Assembly (NCBI GenBank): GCA_964430225.1
Contig: CAYSFE010000001.1
Coordinates: 11,820-75,819, forward strand
DNA from: an uncultured Candidatus Saccharibacteria bacterium
GTDB lineage: Bacteria; Patescibacteriota; Dojkabacteria; GCA-016699595; JBAXKR01
Reading direction: 5' to 3'
DNA: 64,000 nt
Shown here: piece by piece, positions 7,819 through 18,066 of the stretch
How the letters are laid out: each line of letters opens with the position of its first letter
Position numbering within the stretch: the stretch's first letter is position 1
Translations under genes and position numbers: made by a program
Notes under the pieces: generated by a model
Databases searched by the model: none
Seen by the model: the letters and a program-made list of their open reading frames with translations, nothing else
What the model was told of the DNA's origin: nothing

Positions 7819-10265
7819 TGCTATACAGTCTATCTTTTTTAAAACAATATTTAAAAGACTTCTCACTTGAAAGTAAGGGGATTAGAGATCTTTTAACATA
7901 TTCACTCGCAGAAGTTGAAAACGTTACCGAATTAAGATCTGAATTAAACAATATTTTAGTAGGTGAAGTTCTTGATGTAAAAGATCATCCTAAATCAAAT
8001 AGACTACATATTGCTACAGTAGATGTCATTAAAGGAACTAATGATCCTTCCACTAATCTAGTCATAGTTTGTGGAGCACCTAATCTTAAAGTAGGTCAAA
8101 AAGTTGCTGTATGTTTACCTGGGGGATCAGTCATAAATGCTAAATATGACTCTGTGAAAGATAAAGAAAATATAATGAAGATAGAAAAGAGAGAAGTATT
8201 AGGGGAAATAAGTAATGGAATGATTTGTTCACCTAAAGAACTAGGTGTATCAGATGAACATGAAGGTATTTGGGTATTACCTGATGATAGTATTGTTGGA
8301 ACAAATTTAACAGATATCTTAAAAGATACAGTATTTGAAATAGAGAATAAAAGCTTTACTCATAGGCCTGATCTTTTTTCACATAGAGGAATTGCTCGTG
8401 AAATATCAGCAATAACTAATACTGAATTTGTAGATAAAGTAGATCCATCCCTTAGTTTAAAAGCAGAAGTTGCTCTTAATGTTAAATTAGATACTGAAAA
8501 CTGTAATAGATATACAGCTATAGTGATAAATAACGTGCAAGTTAAAGCATCTCCAGTCTGGTTACAAACAAGACTTCTAAATGTTGGAGTAAGACCAATA
8601 AACAATATTGTGGATATAACTAACTATGTGATGCTTGATCTTAATCAACCTCTTCATGCTTTTGATTTTGATAAACTAAACTCAAATACAATAATCGTTA
8701 GAGAAAGTTTACTAGGAGAGAAAGTCATAACCCTAGATAACAAACAAAGAACTATTCCTAAAGATTCATTGGTAATAACAAATGAAAAAGAAATTGTTGC
8801 TGTTGCTGGGGTCATGGGTGGTGCAAGTTCTGAGATAAGTGAAACTACTGGATCTATTCTTCTTGAATCAGCAAACTTTAGTAAAGATAACATCCGAGTT
8901 ACATCTCGTGAACTTGGACTTAGAACAGAAGCATCAAGTAGATATGAGAAAGGACTTGATCCTGAAATGACTCTTGAAGCACTAAAACATGCAGCTACCC
9001 TCATAACTGAACTAGCTGGTGGAGAAATAGTGAGTGAGATTGTAGATGTATACCCTAACAAAGATAGCATTAAAGTAATTGAACTAGATATGAATAAAAT
9101 AAAGAGATTCTTAGGAATCACTCTTAAGAAAGAAGAGGTTGTAGATATACTTAAGAGACTAAATATAAATACAGAACACTCTAAATTTGTAGCTACAGAA
9201 AATGTAAATCCATCCCTTAATAGTAGTTTTTTAAATGTCATAGTCCCTTCATATAGAAAAGACTTAAACATTGAAGCAGATATTCTAGAAGAGATAGCAA
9301 GGCTTTATGGATACGATAAATTTAAGCCAACATTACCAGAAAAGACAATAAAACCTGGCACAATAAACAAACTATCTAAAGTAGAGAGAATTGTAAAAAA
9401 TGAGCTACTAAATCTTCATTTCAATGAGATATATTCATACAGCTTCATTAGTTCAGACCTATGGAAGAGATGTAATTTAAATACAAAAGAACTAGTAAAG
9501 ATTACAAATGCCATATCTCCAGAACTAGAATATGTAAGAGATAGTCATATACCATCTCTATTAGAAAAACTTGAATTAAACTCAGTAGAAAATGATTCAC
9601 TTTCGTTCTATGAGTTCTCAAGAATAGTGTTTAAAGAAAAAACTACTGAGAATATACCATTTCAACCATGGTCACTAGGTATAGCAGTGATGAAAAAAGA
9701 CTCTTTAATAGAGCTTAATAGAGCAATTGACCTAATTATGAGTAAACTCCAAGTCGAATACAATATATTGAATATAAAGGAGAGTAAGAATAAGGGATTG
9801 GTAAATGTAAAAGAACTCACTCATCCTAAAGCTAGTGGAATAATAGAAACTAATGAAGGTAAATACCTTGGATATGTTTCAAAGCTTTCTCCAGAAGTAG
9901 CTAGAAATTTTAAACTAAGCACTAATGATGTATCAATAGCCGAAATAAATATAGAAAATATTTTAAATGAATATTTAGGAGATAAAGTAGGGTATACACC
10001 ACTAAATATTTATCAAGAAAACAGAAGAGATATATCTTTAAATATAGAAGGGGAAATTGAATCAAGTAAGATAATAAACAAAGTACTTGAAAGTAAAATA
10101 GAATATGTAAAAGATATATTTGTAATCGATAGCTATGAAAAGAATCTTACATTAAGAGTAATAATAACTTCGGATAGTAAGACATTATCAGAAAATGAAA
10201 TAAAGTTAACTCTTGATAAAGTAATAAAAGTAATTAAGGAAACATTTAAGGTAGAAGTGAGATAA
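7818..10265 (+). CDS. pheT: Phenylalanine--tRNA ligase beta subunit
   Basis: IVCGAPNL tRNA-binding domain, HRPDLFSHRGIARE, NNIVDITNYVML, PSYRKDL..EADILEEIARLYGY. Confidence 0.96.
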   Translation: MLYSLSFLKQYLKDFSLESKGIRDLLTYSLAEVENVTELRSELNNILVGEVLDVKDHPKSNRLHIATVDVIKGTNDPSTNLVIVCGAPNLKVGQKVAVCLPGGSVINAKYDSVKDKENIMKIEKREVLGEISNGMICSPKELGVSDEHEGIWVLPDDSIVGTNLTDILKDTVFEIENKSFTHRPDLFSHRGIAREISAITNTEFVDKVDPSLSLKAEVALNVKLDTENCNRYTAIVINNVQVKASPVWLQTRLLNVGVRPINNIVDITNYVMLDLNQPLHAFDFDKLNSNTIIVRESLLGEKVITLDNKQRTIPKDSLVITNEKEIVAVAGVMGGASSEISETTGSILLESANFSKDNIRVTSRELGLRTEASSRYEKGLDPEMTLEALKHAATLITELAGGEIVSEIVDVYPNKDSIKVIELDMNKIKRFLGITLKKEEVVDILKRLNINTEHSKFVATENVNPSLNSSFLNVIVPSYRKDLNIEADILEEIARLYGYDKFKPTLPEKTIKPGTINKLSKVERIVKNELLNLHFNEIYSYSFISSDLWKRCNLNTKELVKITNAISPELEYVRDSHIPSLLEKLELNSVENDSLSFYEFSRIVFKEKTTENIPFQPWSLGIAVMKKDSLIELNRAIDLIMSKLQVEYNILNIKESKNKGLVNVKELTHPKASGIIETNEGKYLGYVSKLSPEVARNFKLSTNDVSIAEINIENILNEYLGDKVGYTPLNIYQENRRDISLNIEGEIESSKIINKVLESKIEYVKDIFVIDSYEKNLTLRVIITSDSKTLSENEIKLTLDKVIKVIKETFKVEVR

Positions 10266-10312
10266 TAAAGGAATTTCTTGACCTAAGACTTAAAATGTTT
10301 TAGGTTAACTAC

Positions 10313-10858
10313 ATGTCAAACACAGAAGTTCAATTACCACTTGAGGTGGTCCCAACAGAACCTATTAGAGATAAAAGAATAGATTGTAGACATTTTGGAT
10401 GGATAAAACCTGAGGCAAATGGTTTTTTTGAACTTAGTTTTGTTTTACTTAAATTACCCGAGGGTACAACATCAAAATCAGGAGTAAGAAAAGTTCTAAT
10501 AGGTAGTTTTGTAAGTGAAAAGTTAGCAGAAGTTACTGATAAGTATATTGATAAACGTGCTTCTGCAGTTGCAAATAGAACTTTAATGGAAGCTGCAATA
10601 ATATTTCTAAATAATGAACAGACTCTACTTCATGCATTAAAAGAACCCTTATCTAATATTAAAATCTTTTATACTGACGCAGGAACGGATGCCAGAATTG
10701 TATTTGCTAGGCTTTCTGATTTTGTAGATCCCCAAACTCATGATAGAATACCTCGTATAGTTAAGGTAGGGATCATTCCAACTAATAAAGAGAGGTTATT
10801 ATTTAAAATCTTTTGCGGAGAGAATTCTAAAACTGCAGATTACCGTGCAGATAAATAA
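10313..10858 (+). CDS. Hypothetical protein (possible RelE/ParE-like C-terminal half)
   Basis: 181-aa ORF; own promoter TTGACC-17-TAGGTT with ATG 6 nt later. Confidence 0.6.
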   Translation: MSNTEVQLPLEVVPTEPIRDKRIDCRHFGWIKPEANGFFELSFVLLKLPEGTTSKSGVRKVLIGSFVSEKLAEVTDKYIDKRASAVANRTLMEAAIIFLNNEQTLLHALKEPLSNIKIFYTDAGTDARIVFARLSDFVDPQTHDRIPRIVKVGIIPTNKERLLFKIFCGENSKTADYRADK

Positions 10859-10866
10859 ATAAAGAT

Positions 10867-11130
10867 ATGACTGAAATAAACAACAATTTAATCGGTACAT
10901 ATAAAATTGAGAGTGATTCTATGAATAATGATGCTATTGCGACATTCATAGATTATGAGGAATTACCAGATGAAAAAGTATTAGAACTTAAAAGTAGAGC
11001 TAGAAATGTAAAAGAAGCAGTATTATATCAGGCTACTGCAAAATTTTTAGCATTAACTCAAGATCCAGAAGGTTTATGGGTATTAGCAGATGAAATAGAA
11101 AGGATTTCGCTTCCTCAACCTAAATTTTAA
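10867..11130 (+). CDS. Small acidic hypothetical protein
   Basis: 87-aa ORF 8 nt after the previous gene. Confidence 0.55.
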   Translation: MTEINNNLIGTYKIESDSMNNDAIATFIDYEELPDEKVLELKSRARNVKEAVLYQATAKFLALTQDPEGLWVLADEIERISLPQPKF

Positions 11131-14100
11131 GCTCCTACTGTAACTGACTGAGTATCACTTAATCCTCCAGTTCCTGTAACTGATATATTTAGATTTCCAT
11201 TGTTCATAGTACCCGCAGGTATTGTATAAGTGTATGTATCTCCTACTAGTAATAGTGTATGACTTCCACTTAATGCAGGACCACTAAAAGTAAGGTTTAT
11301 TGTTGCTGGGGCTGCTGCTGTTCCTGTGTATTTTACTATTACTGTATTAACTGCTGCTTTTGAAATACTTCCCGTTGGTGCCGTTATATTTATAGCTGCA
11401 GGTACTATTGTTGGAGCAGCTTCTAAGACTATTCCTACACTCTCAGATCCAACTCTTCCAGATGTATCTCTTGCTGATATTGTTAATGTCTTATTCCCGT
11501 ATCCATAGCTATTATCAAGAGTTACTGTAACATCTTGTGTAGCTTCATTATTTGTAAGAGGAATAGCCACACCACCTAAAAATACTTGTACTTGATTAAT
11601 TGTCCCTATTGCAGGTAGGGAACTAAATGCAATTCTAAGAGTTCTAGATGTTGCTGAATATGGAACTACATGACCTGCAGTTGGAGCTGATATTGATACA
11701 GTAGGAACAGTAGTTACAGTGTTATAGTCGGTATCACAATCAGGTAAGACTGCCTTTTGTCCTGTGATCTTATCAAAGAATGATTGATGTAAGGGTTTAT
11801 TACCTACTTTAATATATTTTACATATGCATCTACTGCATATCCATTAGCTCTATCAATATCTCTTGCCATCATATTCTTAGATACTGCATTTGGTCTACT
11901 TGCTGGTAAATCTGTACATACATTTTTAAGAGTAAAACTATCATCTGCTATTGGTAATTTTCCATCTATGAATTTTTCAGATGTAGTAGCTCCACATTGA
12001 GGAGTTGCTAGTTTACCAGATATTAGACAAACACTAGCTTCTACAATCCCTGCAGGTCTTGTAAAAGGAGTTTTAGGGTATCTTGGAAGAACACGTTTCA
12101 TATAGTTCATCCAAAGTGGTTGAGCTGTATTAGATCCATATGCCAAAGCTCCATTTGCACTTCTTTTTGTTGATGCATTATTATTATTTCCAATCCAAAT
12201 ACCAGTAACTACTTCAGGAGTATATCCTACAAAATACATATCTTTATTATCATTACTTGTTCCAGTTTTACCAGCTGCTGGATATCCATTTACACCTTTT
12301 ACTAAGTTATTGTTATAGTTATATATCATGTCAGTCATAAGATATGTTGCTCTTTCATCAACAACTTGTTTTCCTCCATCTGGTTTATATTCCCATACTA
12401 CTTTTCCATCTCTATCTAATATTTTTAATATCGGTTGGAGTGGATTATATTTTCCTTTGTTAGCTAACACTGCAAAAGCATTAAAATGTTCAGCAGGTTT
12501 AACTTCAATAGCACCAAGCATTGCAGCTATTCCAACATCTTTTCTTGTTTTAAATGCTGATAATCCTAGTTTTTGATACATCTGTACCATGAGATCAACT
12601 CCCATCATATCTGCTGCAACAATAGCTGGTCTATTCTTTGATTCTCTAAGCATATTTCTCAAAAAGTTTCTTTGACTTCCCTCTACATATGCAACTTCAG
12701 ATCCCTCAGCATTCTGAGGCTCGTATGTTCCAAATTTAACAGGCATATCTGGTAAGAATGTAGATGTAGTAAGAAGACCTGATTCAATTCCTGCAATATA
12801 TGTCAAAGGTTTGTTTGATGATCCAGTTTGTTGGGGTGTGATTAAAACATTGACCTTAGGATCAAATCTTGCAGTGTTTTTGTATTTTGAATCTTTCTCA
12901 TCTATTGATTCTTTTTCTCCAAACCAATCTTTAGATCCTTGCATAACTAGTATCTCTCCATTTTTAGGATCTATTGTCATCATAGCTCCATTATATGCTG
13001 CAAATTGTTTCTTCATTCCACTATCTGAGTCAATCCATTTCTTAAGCTCTTCTTCTGCAATAGCTTGCAAATCAAGATCAAGAGTTGTGTATACCTTGTA
13101 TCCACCAGTTCTAATCTCTTCTTCAGTTAATGCTTTTCCATCTATTTGGAATTCTCCAGAGGTTAAATAGTCCTCAGCATAGAACACAAAGTGAGGAGCT
13201 TTAATATCAATATTATTTGCTCTAAATTTAGTTACATCAGTTTTAGCGGCAGTTATTGTTTCCTTTGTTACAATTTCACCTTTTATATTTACTTTATCTA
13301 AATGTTTAGAATACTGAGCAAGAACATAGTATTGTCTACATTTATATGGGGCTACTTTACGTATTTCATTACCGCTACTATCTTTGTATCTTGGAAGTTG
13401 TCCTTCTACATCAGGTTCTTTAATAGCCTCTGATTCAGAAGCTTCTTCTCCAGAATCTACTTTACAAAAGACTTCTTTTGTAGCTTTGTATGGGTAATAT
13501 TTAGCAGGATAATTAGGAATACCAGCTAATACACTTGCTTCCTCAAGAGTTAGATCTTTTACATCTTTTCCAAAATATCTTGAAGCAGCAGTTTTAAGTC
13601 CATATATATTACTTCCAAAGTTTACTTCATTTAAGTAAAAAAGGAGTATGTCATCTTTAGAATAGTTCTGTTCCATTCTAAGACTCATTATGATCTCTTG
13701 AATCTTTCTTTCTTCTTTAGTTAAAGTTTTTCCTTGTTTCTCATACTCAGCTTGAAGTTGCTCAAAGTATGTATTTTTTAAAACTTGTTGTGATATTGTA
13801 GATCCACCACATTTACGGGCTCTTGAAAAATTACCTATAGCACATCTAGCTATCGCTACAATATCTACCCCTTTATGATCGTAATATTCAGCGTCTTCAG
13901 AAAGGATAAATGCCCATTTAACCATATCTGGCACATCACTAATATTTCCAATATTTTCTCTAACTTCTTTTCCAGATACTTTGTATAGTTCTTTACCATT
14001 TCTATCATAGAACACGCTATATTGATCTTGTTTTCTTTCAAACACTTCTGATGGATTTGGGATAAGGGAGCTATAGTGGGCGACTACTGCCAGTCCTCCA

Positions 14101-14294
14101 ATACTACCAACTATTAAAAGAAGAAAAAAGAAAACAAGAAGTACTCCTACAAGTTTCTTTAGTTTTCCTTTAAGACCTTTCTTTCCTTTCTTGTTCTTAC
14201 TCCATGTCTTAGGATCAATTTTTTCTTTCTGAATCTTTGAATATCTAGAAAGTTTGTTTTCTTTTTTCAAACCGAATTTAAATGCCATAGACAA
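11127..14294 (-). CDS. Class A penicillin-binding protein (transglycosylase + transpeptidase) with C-terminal Ig-like extension
   Basis: N-terminal TM; GT51 motifs EDAEYYDHKG, GGSTISQQVLKN, RKIQE, KDDILLFYLN; transpeptidase SSNK, SKN, KTGT; Thr/Ser-rich beta-strand tail. Confidence 0.92.
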   Translation of the reverse strand: MSMAFKFGLKKENKLSRYSKIQKEKIDPKTWSKNKKGKKGLKGKLKKLVGVLLVFFFLLLIVGSIGGLAVVAHYSSLIPNPSEVFERKQDQYSVFYDRNGKELYKVSGKEVRENIGNISDVPDMVKWAFILSEDAEYYDHKGVDIVAIARCAIGNFSRARKCGGSTISQQVLKNTYFEQLQAEYEKQGKTLTKEERKIQEIIMSLRMEQNYSKDDILLFYLNEVNFGSNIYGLKTAASRYFGKDVKDLTLEEASVLAGIPNYPAKYYPYKATKEVFCKVDSGEEASESEAIKEPDVEGQLPRYKDSSGNEIRKVAPYKCRQYYVLAQYSKHLDKVNIKGEIVTKETITAAKTDVTKFRANNIDIKAPHFVFYAEDYLTSGEFQIDGKALTEEEIRTGGYKVYTTLDLDLQAIAEEELKKWIDSDSGMKKQFAAYNGAMMTIDPKNGEILVMQGSKDWFGEKESIDEKDSKYKNTARFDPKVNVLITPQQTGSSNKPLTYIAGIESGLLTTSTFLPDMPVKFGTYEPQNAEGSEVAYVEGSQRNFLRNMLRESKNRPAIVAADMMGVDLMVQMYQKLGLSAFKTRKDVGIAAMLGAIEVKPAEHFNAFAVLANKGKYNPLQPILKILDRDGKVVWEYKPDGGKQVVDERATYLMTDMIYNYNNNLVKGVNGYPAAGKTGTSNDNKDMYFVGYTPEVVTGIWIGNNNNASTKRSANGALAYGSNTAQPLWMNYMKRVLPRYPKTPFTRPAGIVEASVCLISGKLATPQCGATTSEKFIDGKLPIADDSFTLKNVCTDLPASRPNAVSKNMMARDIDRANGYAVDAYVKYIKVGNKPLHQSFFDKITGQKAVLPDCDTDYNTVTTVPTVSISAPTAGHVVPYSATSRTLRIAFSSLPAIGTINQVQVFLGGVAIPLTNNEATQDVTVTLDNSYGYGNKTLTISARDTSGRVGSESVGIVLEAAPTIVPAAINITAPTGSISKAAVNTVIVKYTGTAAAPATINLTFSGPALSGSHTLLLVGDTYTYTIPAGTMNNGNLNISVTGTGGLSDTQSVTVGA

Positions 14295-14341
14295 AAATAT
14301 GTATATACAATTCTAACTAAATATTTACTAAAAAGTAACTA

Positions 14342-14437
14342 CTATTTAGCGTTAGATGAAAAGAATATGGAGAGAATAACTAAAAGAAATGCGGCAATTA
14401 CAACAACAGAGAAGAGATAAGGGTAAAGTTTTTTCAT
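14342..14437 (-). CDS. 31-aa single-helix membrane microprotein MKKLYPYLFSVVVIAAFLLVILSIFFSSNAK
   Basis: ATG..TAG ORF filling the topA-PBP gap, same strand; basic N-terminus plus ~20 hydrophobic residues; absent from the ORF track. Confidence 0.55.
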   Translation of the reverse strand: MKKLYPYLFSVVVIAAFLLVILSIFFSSNAK

Positions 14438-14494
14438 AGAGTCATTTTTATTAAGATTAAGTGTGATTCTATACCTAAGCTATATATATTTCAA

Positions 14495-16837
14495 TTACTT
14501 TCTTTTTCTACCTCTAAATATTCCCTTAGGTCTATTAAATACTTCTAGCGCTTCTTTAAGCTCAATATTTAAGAAATCATATGATTTAGGAATAGATCTA
14601 AACTTTGAATCTATTAAAATATATGGACCAAATCTACCAATACCCACTTTAACTTCATTTCCCATTTTATCTACTCCTAATGTTTTAGGTAGTTCTAGAA
14701 GTTTAAGTGCTAGTTTAAGATCCATACTATCAAGAGGAATTGTAGGAGGTATTGAAGTCATTTTAGACTTTTGTTCAGTACCAAGTTTTACATATGGACC
14801 ATATCTTCCTACAAGCATAAATACTTCAAGTCCTGATACTGGATCTTTACCAAGTGGCATATTAGCTTTCTTCTTAGCTTCAATAATCTCAGCTAAGTTT
14901 TCCATATTAAGATCTGCAGGCATTACATTCTGATCAAGTGATACTTTAACACTATCTCCCTTATCATCTTTTTGATCTGTTTCAATATATGCTCCATATC
15001 TTCCTACTCTCACGTCAAATTTAAATCCAGGTAGTTTAACAGTACACATTTCTTTAGCATCAATAACTCCAAGGTTCTTTTCTACCATTGCTGCTATTCC
15101 TTTAGATCCTTCGTAAAACTTTCTAAGATATGGAAGGTATTCAATTTCATTTGTTTCTATCTTATCTAAGCTCTCTTCCATATTAGCTGTAAAGTTTAGA
15201 TCCACATATTCAGAGAAATATTTTTCAAGTAGAGTTGTGACAGCAAATGCTGTAAATGTAGGAATGAGTTGATTAGATTTTTTAAATACATATCCTCTAT
15301 CTACAATAGTTGAAATGATAGATGCGTATGTACTAGGTCTTCCAATTCCTTCAGCTTCCAATTTCTTAACCAGAGTTGCGTCAGTATATCTTGAAGGTGG
15401 TTTAGTCTCATGAGATTTACCCTCTAGAGACTTTAAATCTAATACTTGTCCAACTTTAAGTTCAGGTAATATCTTCTCACTATCATCAAGAGATTCATCT
15501 GGATTATCTGATCCTTCAACATACGCTCGTAAGAATCCAGCAAATAGTATTCTTCTACCCGAAGCTTTAAAGATAAACTCTTCACCTTTAGAAGTTGTTT
15601 TAATAGAAAGATTTACTACTTTCACACTAGCATCTTTCATTTGAGTAGCCATTGCACGTTTCCAAATAAGGTCATAGAGTTTATGTTGTTCTCCACTTAA
15701 ACCTAATTCATCAGCTGATTTCATTTCAGTACCTGCAGGACGTATTGCTTCATGTGCTTCTTGTGCACCTTTCTTCTTTCCAAACATACGTACTGATTCA
15801 TATACAAATTCTTTTCCATATCTAGTCTCAACAGATTTTCTAATTGCTGATACTGCTTGAGAAGAGAGGTTATATGAGTCTGTTCTCATGTATGTTATTA
15901 ATCCAGCTTCATATAGTTTCTGAGCAATTTGCATTGTCTGTTTAGCAGAATATCCAAATTTTCTATTCGCTTCTATTTGTAAAGAAGAAGTAATGAAAGG
16001 ACCATATGGATATCTTGCTTGGACAGATTCTTTAATATCAGATACAATATATTCAGACTTTTCTAATCTCTTTTTAAGTTCTTCTGCTTTCTTTTCATCT
16101 ATTAATATTGCCTTTGATCCTTCTTTAAGATTTCCTGTACTTTCATCAAAACTTGTTCCAGTAGCTATCTTACTATCATTTATCTGATCAAGTGTAGCTT
16201 CAAATGTTTTAAAGTTAGCTAGTAAATCCCAATAAAGAGATTTTTTGAATAGCCTTCTTTCTTTTTCCCTATTTACAATTAATCTAACAGCAACACTTTG
16301 AACTCTACCTGCTGATAATCCTACAGCAATCTTTTTCCATAAAAGAGGGGATAGGGTATATCCAAACAGTCTATCTATGACCCTTCTAGTTTCTTGAGCA
16401 TTTACAATATTTTGATCTACTTTACGAGGATTCTTTAGAGCTTCAGTAATAGCTTCTTTAGTTATTTCATGAAATACCATACGTTTAACTGGTACTTTGG
16501 GTTTTAATACTTCTTTTAAATGCCAAGATATGGATTCTCCTTCTCGGTCTTCGTCAGTTGCGAGGATCAGTTCATCAGATTTCTCTAGTAAACTCTCAAG
16601 TTCTTTAAGTATCTTTTTCTTCTCTTGAGGGATTACATATATTGGTTCATAGTCCTTTTCTACATTCACTCCTAATGTTGCCCACTTATGCTTCTTATAC
16701 TTAGCAGGTATCTCTGTAGCAGACCTTGGAAGATCACGAATATGCCCTTGGGATGCTTTAACTACATACCCATCAGGTAGAAACTTAGATATTGTTTTTG
16801 CTTTAGTAGGTGATTCTACTATGACTAACTTTTTCAT
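14495..16837 (-). CDS. topA: DNA topoisomerase I with Zn-free C-terminal repeats
   Basis: LVIVESPTKAKTI, ATDEDREGE, SAGRVQS, ITYMRTDS, AQEAHEAIRP, GIGRPSTYA; GRYGPY-type C-terminal repeats. Confidence 0.97.
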   Translation of the reverse strand: MKKLVIVESPTKAKTISKFLPDGYVVKASQGHIRDLPRSATEIPAKYKKHKWATLGVNVEKDYEPIYVIPQEKKKILKELESLLEKSDELILATDEDREGESISWHLKEVLKPKVPVKRMVFHEITKEAITEALKNPRKVDQNIVNAQETRRVIDRLFGYTLSPLLWKKIAVGLSAGRVQSVAVRLIVNREKERRLFKKSLYWDLLANFKTFEATLDQINDSKIATGTSFDESTGNLKEGSKAILIDEKKAEELKKRLEKSEYIVSDIKESVQARYPYGPFITSSLQIEANRKFGYSAKQTMQIAQKLYEAGLITYMRTDSYNLSSQAVSAIRKSVETRYGKEFVYESVRMFGKKKGAQEAHEAIRPAGTEMKSADELGLSGEQHKLYDLIWKRAMATQMKDASVKVVNLSIKTTSKGEEFIFKASGRRILFAGFLRAYVEGSDNPDESLDDSEKILPELKVGQVLDLKSLEGKSHETKPPSRYTDATLVKKLEAEGIGRPSTYASIISTIVDRGYVFKKSNQLIPTFTAFAVTTLLEKYFSEYVDLNFTANMEESLDKIETNEIEYLPYLRKFYEGSKGIAAMVEKNLGVIDAKEMCTVKLPGFKFDVRVGRYGAYIETDQKDDKGDSVKVSLDQNVMPADLNMENLAEIIEAKKKANMPLGKDPVSGLEVFMLVGRYGPYVKLGTEQKSKMTSIPPTIPLDSMDLKLALKLLELPKTLGVDKMGNEVKVGIGRFGPYILIDSKFRSIPKSYDFLNIELKEALEVFNRPKGIFRGRKRK

Positions 16838-16926
16838 AAAACAAACACACTATACCATAAACAAGTAATGAGGGATTATACACATAGATATGTAAAGGAT
16901 GCAAAAGAAGAGATCCTTTTGTTATT

Positions 16927-17940
16927 TTAAGCTTCTTCTAGAGATACTCCTAAATGTTGTGCAAATAACTTCTTTATTTCCATATTTACTTTCATAACAT
17001 CACCTGCCAGTTTATCATATCGAGCGGTCATAGCATTATAACTGTCATAAACTTGTCCACGTCCTAAATAAAGATTTGCATCACCATAAGGAATTAATAG
17101 AGGTTGTGCGCGTAATCTAAGAACTCTACGACTATTCATTGGTAATCTGTCATCAGCTGAACCATATACAATATACCCTTTCACATTATTTGGTCCAGTG
17201 ACTCCTCTAAACTCCTTAAACATTATTTCCCGATTATCTCCTTCATCAGTCATATATGCAACTGCCTGTCCAGGATTTAAATGAGTAATATTGATTGGTT
17301 TACAGTCACCTAGAATACTAGAGATTATAAGCCCTTCAATGCCTACATATGCATCTTCTGCTTTTTCTAAAGTCCAATGATTTACTTCTATTTCACGATG
17401 ATCCCTAATTCTAGAAAACACAGTTGGACTTTTAAAGAAACCACGTAATTTTAAAAGCTTTGCTTCTTGTATTTCTATTTCTTGAGGAGTTAATGTTCTT
17501 TTTAACCCTTGAAGTAAATTAGGATTAAGTTCTAGTTTATTATTAACTAATTTACCTAACACACTTATAGGAATATAAGCATTTATATTTTCACTAATAG
17601 GAACCTCTGTGCCATCAAGCAATACAATTGTAAACGCTAGAGGATTTTTATCTTTAAGACAGTGTACATCTTTGATTCTTCCAACACTTAACCCTTTCAA
17701 CTGAATTCTTTCTTCGGCACCAAGACTCCTTAAAGTGATTCTATCTAAATCGGAAACACTCATAACAGTATCACCTTCTACAGGTTTGTAATTAAGTCCA
17801 TGAACAGTTGGATATGGAAGTAAGTCTTTTAATGTTACAAGTGGTTTTTCAGACATTCTAACTCCCCCTATTGCTTCTCTAACAACTTCAACAAAAAATG
17901 GATTTGTTAATCTTCCCAATTCCGAAGAGTCTATTAACAT
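16927..17940 (-). CDS. Hypothetical protein
   Basis: 337-aa ORF, no recognised motif. Confidence 0.6.
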   Translation of the reverse strand: MLIDSSELGRLTNPFFVEVVREAIGGVRMSEKPLVTLKDLLPYPTVHGLNYKPVEGDTVMSVSDLDRITLRSLGAEERIQLKGLSVGRIKDVHCLKDKNPLAFTIVLLDGTEVPISENINAYIPISVLGKLVNNKLELNPNLLQGLKRTLTPQEIEIQEAKLLKLRGFFKSPTVFSRIRDHREIEVNHWTLEKAEDAYVGIEGLIISSILGDCKPINITHLNPGQAVAYMTDEGDNREIMFKEFRGVTGPNNVKGYIVYGSADDRLPMNSRRVLRLRAQPLLIPYGDANLYLGRGQVYDSYNAMTARYDKLAGDVMKVNMEIKKLFAQHLGVSLEEA

Positions 17941-18066
17941 ATTTATAAATATAATAAATATTTAAGCAGATGTGCGGATTATATCATAACCCAATCCTTA
18001 CTTACTAGAAGTCTATAATTACATTTCCCATATACTTCTATTATTCTAAAATAGTACAATTCCTAC

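Noticed and set aside
8360-9271. Long antisense ORFs in the track (e.g. 8654-9271, 14463-14933, 60521-61066 and similar)
   Set aside because: They shadow well-supported genes on the opposite strand and have no motifs; explained by codon bias.
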